Below are positions 9,577 through 20,262 of a stretch of 31,783 nucleotides of DNA, piece after piece. The notes beneath the pieces are model-generated. The model did not search any database. It saw only the letters and a program-made list of their open reading frames with translations, and had not been told where the DNA came from. Position numbers and translations under genes: made by a program. The stretch is from Macrostomum lignano (taxonomy: Eukaryota): positions 1 to 31,783 of the forward strand of contig NIVC01004910.1 in the NCBI GenBank assembly GCA_002269645.1, read 5' to 3'. Positions within the stretch are counted from its first letter, which is position 1, and every line of letters starts with the position of its first letter.

Positions 9577-9735
9577 CGAGTGGAACTCCTCCTTCGGAGG
9601 AGAAAGGGGAAGAACTCCCATCACCGGAATTCCATTCCCTGAAATATCCATCAACTGAAATTCCATGTCTTTAACCCTATCTTCCAAATCGTCTCCAAAT
9701 TCTTTAGAAAACCTTTCAAAGACCATAGCTCAAAG

Positions 9736-10740
9736 ACTCTCACGTCTCTCATATCTACTCTCTCCACTCTGTGCTATTATCGTGACTCTCTTCTCTCTCT
9801 CTCTCTCATCTCATCTCTACCCGTACTCCCTTATTTATGTTTTCTCCCTCGTCTTTCGTCTGTACCCTCTCCTGTCTCTTGTCTCCTCTCTTCTCTCATA
9901 TCTCTCCTCTTCACTTCTGTCTCCTGTCTTCTCTCTTCTCTCTTATCTCTCCCTCTTCTCTCCTCTTTTATATGTCATCCCTATTCACTTATCTATCGTC
10001 TCTCTTAACCCTCTCTCTCTTCTCTTTTCTTTCCTCTCTGCTCTCATTTCTCATATCTCATATACGCTCTCACACTCCACTTACTTGTCTTCAATCTTTC
10101 TTTCCTCCTTTCCACTTTTCCCTGTCTCTTCTCTTCTCTCTTTTCTATCCTCTCCATTCTCTCTTTTCTCCTCCCTTGCTCCTTTTATCTTCTCCCCTCT
10201 CTTCTCTAATCTCTTCTCTCTTCTCTCTTATGTTCTCACTCATCTCTTATCATCGCATCTCTCATCTCTCCTCTCCTCACTACTTTCCTCTCTTAACTCT
10301 CTTATCTATTTCATCTCTCTCCTCTCTCCTCTTTCTCTTCTCCTCTCGCTTCTTCTCTCGCTTCTCTCTCCTATCTCTCCTCTCATCTCTACTACCGTAT
10401 TTATATCTTCTAACTGGTCCTTCGTCTCTACTCTCTCCTTTCTCCTTTCTCCCCTCTTTTCTCCTTTCTTGTCTCTCCTGTCTCCCCTCCTCTCTCATCC
10501 CTCATCCCCTCATCTCACTCTTTCTTTCTCCTCTACTCTCCCCTCTCTTTATTTTCTCTGTACGCTCTTATCCCTAATCTATTTTCTCTCCTCTCTCCTC
10601 TTTTCTTCTCTCCCTCTTCGTTCCGCCTAAATCCCCTCTTCTCTCCAATCTGTCATGTCTAATATCTCCACTTATTTCTACTCTGTTTTCTATCATCTCA
10701 TCTCTCTTCTGCTTTCATTTTTCTCTTTACTCTTTTCTCT
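9736..10740 (+). repeat. Complex CT-rich tract
   Basis: Near-identical to 4286-5288. Confidence 0.95.
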
Positions 10741-10950
10741 GACTGATTGAAGATGCCAAATCCATCAAGATCCTCTCGCGCGAAGCAGAAATCCTGTCCG
10801 TGCAACTGAAAACCATCGAAATCCTCTCCGTGAAACTGGACTCCTTCGAAATCCTTTCCGTGAAACTGAAAACCATCGAAATTCTCTCTTTTAAACTGGA
10901 CTCAATCGAAATTTTCTCCGTCAAAAAAAATAAATATCAGGATTCATTGG

Positions 10951-10984
10951 TTAGGGTTATTGTTAGGGTTAGGGTTAGGGTTAA
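10951..10984 (+). repeat. Telomeric repeat with TTATTG variant
   Basis: Read directly. Confidence 0.95.
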
Positions 10985-11892
10985 AGCTACACACAGCTGC
11001 GTGTTCAAATAAAAAATTGAACCAATTGAATCAATTGATTGCGCAACCGATTTCTCAGTCAGTCAGTATCAGTCTCAGTTAAAGTTAAGAAAAACATTGC
11101 GCAATCTAAATCAACCCTCCAATACACAGCAGCAGTGAGAAGTTGAACTCTCCCCCCAACTTTATCTATTACGTCTCGCAAAACTGAGTACAATTTTTGC
11201 AGAAAGTTAAAAGTATGGAAATAGTTTTTCAATGCTGTGCTTTTTCTTTTCATATTTAAAGCAAACAATTTATATCCCTGAAATCAGCTTTGCAAGTTTT
11301 TCCAGCAATATTAATTTTTTCTCTAAAGTTAAAAACTCGAGCAACAGTTTGCGTTTGAAACTTTCTGATTTAAAGCATTGAAATATCAATTGTACGTTCA
11401 CTGCCTGCTAAAGAGGCCCGCAAGTTTATGCATTGAATTTCAAGGTTCAACAAAACACAGGGCTGCCTATTGAAAATTAGAACACAAATCTTTGCGCAAT
11501 TGTCTATAAAGTCAGCCGGTGAGCCAGGGTCCGATTGTACACATGCAGCCATTTAGAACCCCATCCCCCACTGGAGAGAAAATACACTACAGAGATAGGG
11601 AAAAGTTGTGGCGCAATCACTAAAAATTCATGCAAATTTTCAGCTCCAAGCAGAAAGAGAGGACAATTAAGATTATCAAAGGTCAAGACCGCCGTTTTCT
11701 GCTTTTTTGAGGATCTTAGAAATTAAAATTTCAGAATTAAAATAGCCTATAGCCGACCTCGGATAATTTCCAATCTTCCCATATAAGTTTCAACGCTGAG
11801 TTGGCACTATTCAAGGAGGAGTTGTCGAAATGACAGACACACAGACATACAGACAGACAGACAAACAACGCGTCAACTTTAGTATATATAGA
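10981..11892 (-). mobile_element. Helitron-like element H5
   Basis: Minus-strand 5' TCTATATATACTAAAG; (TGTC)n; perfect-type terminal palindrome followed by TTAA instead of CTAA. Confidence 0.62.
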
Positions 11893-12060
11893 CGAGTGGA
11901 ACTCCTCCTTCGGAGGAGAAAGGGGAAGAACTCCCATCACCGGAATTCTATTCCCTGAAATATCCATCAACTGAAATTCCATGTCTTTAACCCTATCTTC
12001 CAAATCGTCTCCAAATTCTTTACAAAATCTTTCAAAGACCATAGCTCAAAGACTCTCAAG

Positions 12061-12762
12061 TCTCTCATATCTCCTCTCTCCTCTCTCTCATCTCATCTCT
12101 ACCCCTGCTCCCTTATTTATCTCTTCTCCCTCGTCTTTCGTCTGTACCTTCTCCTGTCTTCTGTCTCCTCTCTTCACTCTTATCTCTCCCTCTTCTCTCC
12201 TCTCTCATATGTCATCTCTACTCACTTATCTATCGTCTCTCTTAACCCTCTCTCTCTCTTCTCTTTTCTCTTCTCTCTGCTCTCATTTCTCATATTTCAT
12301 ATACGCTCTGACACTACTTTCTTGTCTCCCATCTTTCTTCCTCCTTTTCACTATCCCCTGTCTCTTCTCTTCTCTCTTTTCTATTCTCTCCATTCTCTCT
12401 TTTCTCCTTTCCTTGCTCCTTTCATCTCTCTCCTCTCTCCTCACTCTCTTCTCCTTTCGCTTCTCTCTCCTCTCTCTCCTCTCATCTTTACTACCTTATT
12501 TATATCTTCTCCCTAGTCTTTCGTCTGTACTCTCTCCTGTCTCCTCTCTCCCCTGCTCTCTCATCCCTCATCTCCTCATCTCACTCTTTCTTTCTCCTCT
12601 ACTCTCCCCTCTCTTCTATTGCCTCTGTACGCTCTTATCCCTCATCTATTCTCTCTCCTATCATCTCCAATCTGTCATGTCTAATCTCTCCACTCAATTA
12701 TACTCTGTTTTCTATCATCTCTTCTCTCTTCTCTTTTCAGTCTTCTCTTTACTCTCTTCTCT
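12061..12762 (+). repeat. Complex CT-rich tract (short lineage)
   Basis: Near-identical to 19136-19836 and 29741-30448. Confidence 0.95.
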
Positions 12763-13155
12763 GACTGATTGAAGATGCCAAATCCATCAAGATCCTCTCC
12801 GCGAAGCAAAAATCCTGTCTGTGCAACTAAAAACCATCGAAATCCTCTCAGTGAAACTGGACTCCTTCGAAATCCTCTCCTTGAAACTTAAATCCATCAA
12901 AATTGTTTCCATAAAACAGAAATCAATCATAAATTATCTCCGCGAAACAGAAAGCCTCTCCGTGAAGCTGAACATGATCGAAATCCTCTCCGTGAAACTG
13001 AACACCATGGAAATCCTTTCGTGAAACTGAACATCATCGAAATCCTCTCCACGAAACAGAAATCTTCTCCGTCAGAATTTAAACATTGAAATCGTCTCCG
13101 CTAAACTTGACTTAATCGAATTTTTTCCGTCAAACAACTCAACTCGCCAGATTCA
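12763..13155 (+). repeat. Degenerate 30/20-bp minisatellite
   Basis: Near-identical to 709-1101. Confidence 0.9.
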
Positions 13156-13195
13156 TTAGGGTTAGGGTTAGGGTTAGGGTTAGGGTTAGGGTTAG
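13156..13195 (+). repeat. Interstitial telomeric repeat (TTAGGG)6TTAG
   Basis: Read directly; longest tract in the window. Confidence 0.97.
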
Positions 13196-14120
13196 AACTA
13201 CGCACAGCTTCGTGTTAAAAGGCACAGATAAAAATATTGAACTAATTGAATCAATTCATTGCGCAACCGATTTCACAGTCAGTCAGTATCAGCCTCAGGT
13301 AAAGTTAACAAAAACATTGCGCAATCTAAATCAACCCTCCAATACACAGCAGCAGTGAGAAGTTGAACCCTCCCCCCAACAATCTTTGCAGATTAAAGTA
13401 CAATCTTTGCAGAAAGTTAAAAGTATGGAAATAGTTTTTCAAATGCTGTGCTTTTTCTTTTCATATTTAAAGCAAACAACTTATATCCCCGAACTCAGCG
13501 TTGCAAGATCTTGCCAGCAATATAAGTTTCTCCTCTCAAAGTTTAAAACTCGAGGAACAGTTAGCGTTTGAAACTGTCTGATTTATAGCATTGAAGTATC
13601 GAGTGTACGTTCACTGCCTGCTTGCAAGTTGATGCATTGAATTTCAATGTCCAACAAATACACAGGACTGCCCATTGAAAGGCAGGAAAACTTATCAGTA
13701 GCCATATCATTGCGCAATTATCTATAAAGTCAGCCAGTGAGCCAGGGTCCAAGTGTACACACGCAGCCACTGAGAACGCTCCCACCCCCCACTGGAAAGA
13801 AAATACACTACAGAGATAGGGAAAGTTGTGGCGCAATCACTAAAAATTCATGCATTTTTCAGCTCCAAGCAGAAAGAGGGGACAATTAAGATTATCAAAG
13901 GTCAAGATTCAAGTTTTCTGCTTTTTTGAGGATCTTAGAAATTAAAAATTTCAGAATTAAAATAGCCTATAGCCGACCTCGGATAATTTCCAATCTTCCC
14001 ATATAAGTTTCAACGCTGAGTTGGCACTATTCAAGGAGGAGTTGTCGAAATGACAGACAGACATACAGACAGACATACAGACAGACAAACAACGCGTCAA
14101 CTTTAGTATAGATAGAGAGA
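13192..14120 (-). mobile_element. Helitron-like element H6
   Basis: Minus-strand 5' TCTCTCTATCTATACTAAAG; 3' CTAA fused to (CCCTAA)6. Confidence 0.62.
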
Positions 14121-14123
14121 GGG

Positions 14124-15045
14124 TTAGAACTACGCACAGCTTCATGTTAAAAGGCACTGATAAAAATATTGAACTAATTGAATCAATTCATTGCGCAACC
14201 GATTTCACAGTCAGTCAGTATCAGTCTCAGTTAAAGTTAACAAAAACATTGCGCAATCTAAATCAACCCTCCAATACACAGCAGCTGTGAGAAGTTGAAC
14301 CCTCCCCCCAACTTTATCTATTCCGTCCCGCAAAACTGAGTACAATTTTTGCAAAAAGTTAAAAAGTATGGAAATAGTTTTTTAAATGCTGTGCTTTTTC
14401 TTTTCATATTTAAAGCAAACAACTTACATCCCCGAACTCAGCGTTGCAAGATCTTTCCAACAATATAAGTTTCTCCTATCAAAGTTTTATAACTCGAGGA
14501 ACAGTTAGCGTTTAAAGCTGCCTGATTTATAGCATTGAAGTATCGAGTGTACGTTCACTGCCTGCTTGCAAGTTGATGCATTGAATTTCAATGTCCAACA
14601 AATACACAGGGCTGCCCATTGAAAGGCAGGAAAACTTATCAGTAGCTATATCATTGCGCAATTATCTATACAGTCAGCCAGTGAGCCAGGGTCCAAGTGT
14701 ACACACGCAGCCACTGAGAACGCTCCCACCCCCCACTGGAGAGAAAATACAGTACAGAGATAGGGAAAAGTTGTGGCGCAATCACAAAAAATTCATGCAT
14801 TTTTCAGCTCCAAGCAGAAAGAGGGGACAATTAAGATTATCAAAGGTCAAGATTCAAGTTTTCTGCTTTTTGAGGATCTTAGAAATTAAAATTTCAGAAT
14901 TAAAATAGCCTATAGCCGACCTCGGATAATTTCCTATCTTCCCATATAAGTTTCAACGCTGAGTTGGCACTATTCAAGGAGGAGTTGTCGAAATGACAGA
15001 CAGACATACAGACAGACAAACAACGCGTCAACTTTAGTATATAGA
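14124..15045 (-). mobile_element. Helitron-like element H7, joined directly to H6
   Basis: Only GGG (14121-14123) separates its 3' TTAG from the H6 5' end. This spacer-free junction defines the element boundaries. Confidence 0.65.
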
Positions 15046-15210
15046 GTGGAACTCCTCCTTCGGAGGAGAAAGGGGAAGAACTCCCATCACCGGAATTCCA
15101 TTCCCTGAAATATCCATCAACTGACATTCCATGTCTTGAACCCTATCTTCCAAATCGTCTCCAAATTCTTTACAAAACCTTTCAAAGACCATAGCTCAAA
15201 GACTCTCATG

Positions 15211-15440
15211 TTTCTCATATCTCCTCTCTCCTCTCTTCACTGATATCGTGACTCTCTTCTCTCTCCTCTCTCTCATCTCATCTCTACCCCTACTCCCTTT
15301 TTTGTCTCTTCTCCCTCGTCTTTCGTCTGTACCCTCTTCTGTCTCCTGTCTCCTGTCTCTTATCTCTCCCTCTTCTCTCCTCTCCCGTATGTCATCTCTA
15401 ATCTCTCCTCTCTCATATCTACTCTCTTTTCTCTCCCATT
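15211..15440 (+). repeat. Truncated CT-rich tract
   Basis: Only the first ~230 bp, then a second diverged copy of the conserved block. Confidence 0.85.
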
Positions 15441-15609
15441 GGAAGAACTCCTATCACCAGAATTCAATTCCCTGAACTTCATTAGCTGAATTCCATGACC
15501 CGAGTTCCATCATCCAAGTCCTCTCCGAAGACAAAAGATCCTCTCCGTGAAACTGGACTCAATCGAAATTTACTTCGTCAGACAGAACTCAACTCTTAGG
15601 ATTCAGTGG

Positions 15610-15631
15610 CTAGGGTTAGGGTTAGGGTTAG
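15610..15631 (+). repeat. Telomeric repeat CTAGGG(TTAGGG)2TTAG
   Basis: Read directly. Confidence 0.92.
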
Positions 15632-16580
15632 AGTTACACACAGCTGCGTGTTGAAAGGCACCAATAATAAAAAATTGAACTATTTAAAGCAACAGATTGA
15701 GCAATCGATTTCTCAGTCAGCCAGTATCAGTCTCAGTTCAAGTTAGCAAAATGATTGCGCAATTTAAATCAACCATCCAATACACAGCGACCGCCCCCCC
15801 TTCCAATACGCAGTGGCAAGTAGACGTTGAACCCCCCAACTTTATCTCTGACCTGTCGCAAAAATAAGTACAATCTTTGCAAAAGTATGGAAATCGTTTT
15901 TTGAATGCTGTATTTTTAGTTATTATCATATTTAAAGCAAACAACTTATATCCCGAACTCAGCGCTGCAAGCTCTTTCCAGCAATAAAAGTCTCGTCTCT
16001 CAAAGTTCAAAAATCGAGCAACAGTTAGCGTTTGAAACTTTCTGATTTAAAGCATTGAAATATCGAGTGTACGTTCACTGCCTGCAGCAGAGGGAGGCTC
16101 GCAAGTTTATTCATTGAATTTAACTGTCCAAAACTACACAGGGCAGCCTATTGAAAATCAGAACACATATCGTTGCGCAATTGTCTATCTATACAATCAG
16201 CCAGTGAGCTAGGGTCCGATTGTACACACGCAGCCACTGAGAATGCGACCATCCCCCCACTGGAGAGAAAATACACTGTAGAGATAGGAGACAGTTCTGG
16301 CGCAATCACTCAAAATTCATGCAAATTTTCAGCTCCAAGCAGAAAGAGGGGACAATTAAGATTATCAAAGGTCAAGACCACCGTTTTCTGCTTTTTTAGG
16401 GATCTTAAAATGTAAAAATGCAATATTAAAATAGCCTAAAGCCATCCTCGGTAAATTTGCAGTTTTCCAATATAAGTTTCAACGCTGAGTTGCAAGTATT
16501 CTAGGAGGAGTTATGCAACAGACAAACAAACACACAAACATCGCACCAACTTTAGTATATATAGAAGATAGATAGATAGA
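15628..16580 (-). mobile_element. Helitron-like element H8 (subfamily II)
   Basis: Subfamily II diagnostics as in H2; terminal palindrome ACACACAGCTGCGTGT on + strand; minus-strand 5' TCTATCTATCTATCTTCTATATATACTAAAG. Confidence 0.62.
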
Positions 16581-16757
16581 AAATTTCAGAATTAAAATAG
16601 CCTATAGCCGACCTCGGATAATTTCCAATCTTCCCATATAAGTTTCAACGCTGAGTTGGCACTATTCAAGGAGGAGTTGTCGAAATGACAGACAGACATA
16701 CAGACAGACATACAGACAGACAAACAACGCGTCAACTTTAGTATATATAGATAGAGA
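16581..16757 (-). mobile_element. 3'-truncated subfamily I element (5'-terminal ~175 bp only)
   Basis: AAATTTCAGAATTAAAATAGCC...ACTTTAGTATATATAGATAGAG abuts the H8 5' end directly. Confidence 0.6.
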
Positions 16758-16960
16758 GTGGAACTCCTCCTCTGGAGGAGAAAGGGGAAGAACTCCCATC
16801 ACTGGAATTCTGAAGGGGAAGAACTCCCATCAGCTGAAATTCCATGACTTGAATCCCATCTTCCAAATCATCTCCAAATCCTCTACAATGCATTTCAATT
16901 ACCGGATATCTTGTTTTCCCTATTTGCAAAAACTCACTGGCATTGTCCAGACTCGGACTC

Positions 16961-17797
16961 TCATGTCTCTGCTCTCATTTCTCATATCTCATATCTTTCA
17001 TATCACCCTCTCCTTTCTTATCTTCCATCTTTCTGCCCTCCTTACTACCGTCTCTTGTCACCTTTCTTTTCTCTCCTCTCCATTTTTTCTTCTCCCCTTT
17101 CCTTTCTCCTCTCATCTTTTCCCCTCTCTTCTCAAATCTCTCTCTCTCTCTTTTCTCACTTATCTCTTTTCTATTTGCATCTCTCATCTCTCTCCTCTCA
17201 TCTGTACTATCTTATTTATCTCTTCTCCCAGGTCTTTCAAATTTACTCTCTCCTGTCTCCTCTCTCCCCTCGTCTCTCCTCTCTCATATCTCTTCTCTAC
17301 TCACTTATCTATTCTCTCTACTCTGCTCCCCTTTTACACTTTCCTATATGCTCTCACTCTCACTCTCTCCTTTCTTATCTCCTGTTTTTACACTCCTTTC
17401 TACCACCTGTCTCCTCTCGTTTCTCTCCTCTCTGCACTCTCATCTTTACCCTCTTCTTTCTCCTCACTACTTTCTTCTCTCAAATCTCTGACTCCTGATC
17501 TTTCATCTCTCTCCTCTCAACTCTCACCTCTCTCCTCTCTTTCCTCTCTTCTATTGCCTCTGTGCGCTCTTATCCCTCTTTTCTTCTCTGTCCTGTCTCC
17601 TCTCTTCTATCTCATATCTTCTCTCTCATATCCTCTTCCTTCATCTCCTCTCTCCTCTTCTCTTCTCTCTCCTTCGTTCCCGCCTTACTCCCCTCTTCTC
17701 TCCCATCTGTCATGTCTAATCTCTCCACTCATTTCTACTCTGTTTTCTATCATCTCATCTCTCTTCTCTTTTCATTCTTCTCTTTACTCTCTTCTCT
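16961..17797 (+). repeat. Complex CT-rich tract (third lineage)
   Basis: Shares CCCAGGTCTTTCAAATTTACTCTC with 22256-23367. Confidence 0.93.
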
Positions 17798-18024
17798 GAC
17801 TAATTGAAGATGCCAAATCCATCAAGATCCTCTCCGCGAAGCAGAAATCCTGTCCGTGCAACTGAAAACCATCGAAATCCTCTCCGTGAAACTGAACACC
17901 ATCGAAATCCTCTCCACGAAACAGAAATCCTCTCCGTCAAAATTAAAACATTGAAATCGTCTCCGCTAAACTGGACTTAATCGAATTTTTTCCGTCAAAC
18001 AACTTAACTCTCCGGATTCATTGG

Positions 18025-18046
18025 TTAGGGTTAGGGTTAGGGTTAG
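18025..18046 (+). repeat. Telomeric repeat (TTAGGG)3TTAG
   Basis: Read directly. Confidence 0.95.
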
Positions 18047-18968
18047 AACTACGCACAGCATCGTGTTAAAAGACAACTGATTGAACTAATTGAATCAATT
18101 CATTGCGCAACCGATTTCACAGTCAGTCAGTATCAGTCTCAGTTAAAGTTAACAAAAGCATTGCGCAATCTAAATCAACCCTCCAATACACAGCAGCAGT
18201 GAGAAGTTGAACCCTCCCCCCAGCTTTATCTATTACGTCTCGCAAAACTGAGTACAATCTTTGCAGCAAGTTAAAAGTATGGAAATAGTTTTTCAAATGC
18301 TGTGCTTTTTCTTTTCATATTTAAAGCAAACAACTTATATCCCGAACTCAGCGTTGCAAGATCTTTCCAGCAATATCAGTTTCTCCTATCAAAGTTTAAA
18401 ACTCGAGGAACAGTTAGCGTTTGAAACTGTCTGATTTATAGCATTGAAGTATCGAGTGTACGTTGACTGCCTGCTTGCAAGTTGATGCATTGAATTTCAA
18501 TGTCCAACAAATACACAGGGCTGCCCATTGAAAGGCAGGAAAACTTATCAGTAGCCATATCATTGCGCAATTATCTATACAGTCAGCCAGTGAGCCAGGG
18601 TCCAAGTGTACACACGCAGCCACTGAGAACGCTCCCACCCCCCACTGGAAAGAAAATACACTACAGAGATAGGGAAAAGTTGTGGCGCAATCACTAAAAA
18701 TTCATGCATTTTTCAGCTCCAAGCAGAAAGAGGGGACAATTAAGATTATCAAAGGTCAAGATTCAAGTTTTCTGCTTTTTTGAGGATCTTAGAAATTAAA
18801 ATTTCAGAATTAAAATAGCCTATAGCCGACCTCGGATAATTTCCAATCTTCCCATATAAGTTTCAACGCTGAGTTGCCACTATTCAAGGAGGAGTTGTCG
18901 AAATGACACACACACACACACACACACACAGACAGACAGACAAACAACACGTCAACTTTAGTATATAC
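18043..18968 (-). mobile_element. Helitron-like element H9
   Basis: Same termini. Microsatellite partly converted to (AC)n at 18906-18930. Confidence 0.6.
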
Positions 18969-19135
18969 GAGTGGAACTCCTCCTTCGGAGGAGAAAGGGG
19001 AAGAACTCCCATCACCGGAATTCTATTCCCTGAAATATCCATCAACTGAAATTCCATGTCTTTAACCCTATCTTCCAAATCGTCTCCAAATTCTTTACAA
19101 AATCTTTCAAAGACCATAGCTCAAAGACTCTCAAG

Positions 19136-19836
19136 TCTCTCATATCTCCTCTCTCCTCTCTCTCATCTCATCTCTACCCCTGCTCCCTTATTTATCTCTT
19201 CTCCCTCGTCTTTCGTCTGTACCTTCTCCTGTCTTCTGTCTCCTCTCTTCACTCTTATCTCTCCCTCTTCTCTCCTCTCTCATATGTCATCTCTACTCAC
19301 TTATCTATCGTCTCTCTTAACCCTCTCTCTCTCTTCTCTTTTCTCTTCTCTCTGCTCTCATTTCTCATATTTCATATACGCTCTGACACTACTTTCTTGT
19401 CTCCCATCTTTCTTCCTCCTTTTCACTATCCCCTGTCTCTTCTCTTCTCTCTTTTCTATTCTCTCCATTCTCTCTTTTCTCATTTCCTTGCTCCTTTCAT
19501 CTCTCTCCTCTCTCCTCACTCTCTTCTCCTTTCGCTTCTCTCTCCTCTCTCTCCTCTCATCTTTACTACCTTATTTATATCTTCTCCTAGTCTTTCGTCT
19601 GTACTCTCTCCTGTCTCCTCTCTCCCCTGCTCTCTCATCCCTCATCTCCTCATCTCACTCTTTCTTTCTCCTCTACTCTCCCCTCTCTTATATTGCCTCT
19701 GTACGCTCTTATCCCTCATCTATTCTCTCTCCTATCATCTCCAATCTGTCATGTCTAATCTCTCCACTCAATTATACTCTGTTTTCTATCATCTCTTCTC
19801 TCTTCTCTTTTCAGTCTTCTCTTTACTCTCTTCTCT
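19136..19836 (+). repeat. Complex CT-rich tract (short lineage)
   Basis: Near-identical to 12061-12762. Confidence 0.95.
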
Positions 19837-20228
19837 GACTGATTGAAGATGCCAAATCCATCAAGATCCTCTCCGCGAAGCAAAAATCCTGTCTGTGCAA
19901 CTAAAAACCATCGAAATCCTCTCAGTGAAACTGGACTCCTTCGAAATCCTCTCCTTGAAACTGAATCCATCAAAATTGTTTCCATAAAACAGAAATCAAT
20001 CATAAATTATCTCAGCGAAACAGAAAGCCTCTCCGTGAAGCTGAACATGATCGAAATCCTCTCCGTGAAACTGAACACCATGGAAATCCTTTCGTGAAAC
20101 TGAACATCATCGAAATCCTCTCCACGAAACAGAAATCTTCTCCGTCAGAATTTAAACATTGAAATCGTCTCCGTTAAACTTGACTTAATCGAATTTTTTC
20201 CGTCAAACAACTTAACTCGCCAGATTCA
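19837..20228 (+). repeat. Degenerate 30/20-bp minisatellite
   Basis: Near-identical to 709-1101. Confidence 0.9.
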
Positions 20229-20262
20229 TTAGGGTTAGGGTTAGGGTTAGGGTTAGGGTTAG
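20229..20262 (+). repeat. Telomeric repeat (TTAGGG)5TTAG
   Basis: Read directly. Confidence 0.97.

Noticed and set aside
13156-13195. True chromosome end or independent telomere-healing events
   Set aside because: Tracts are 40 bp or less with homologous flanks on both sides in every unit, indicating one ancestral tract copied with the unit.
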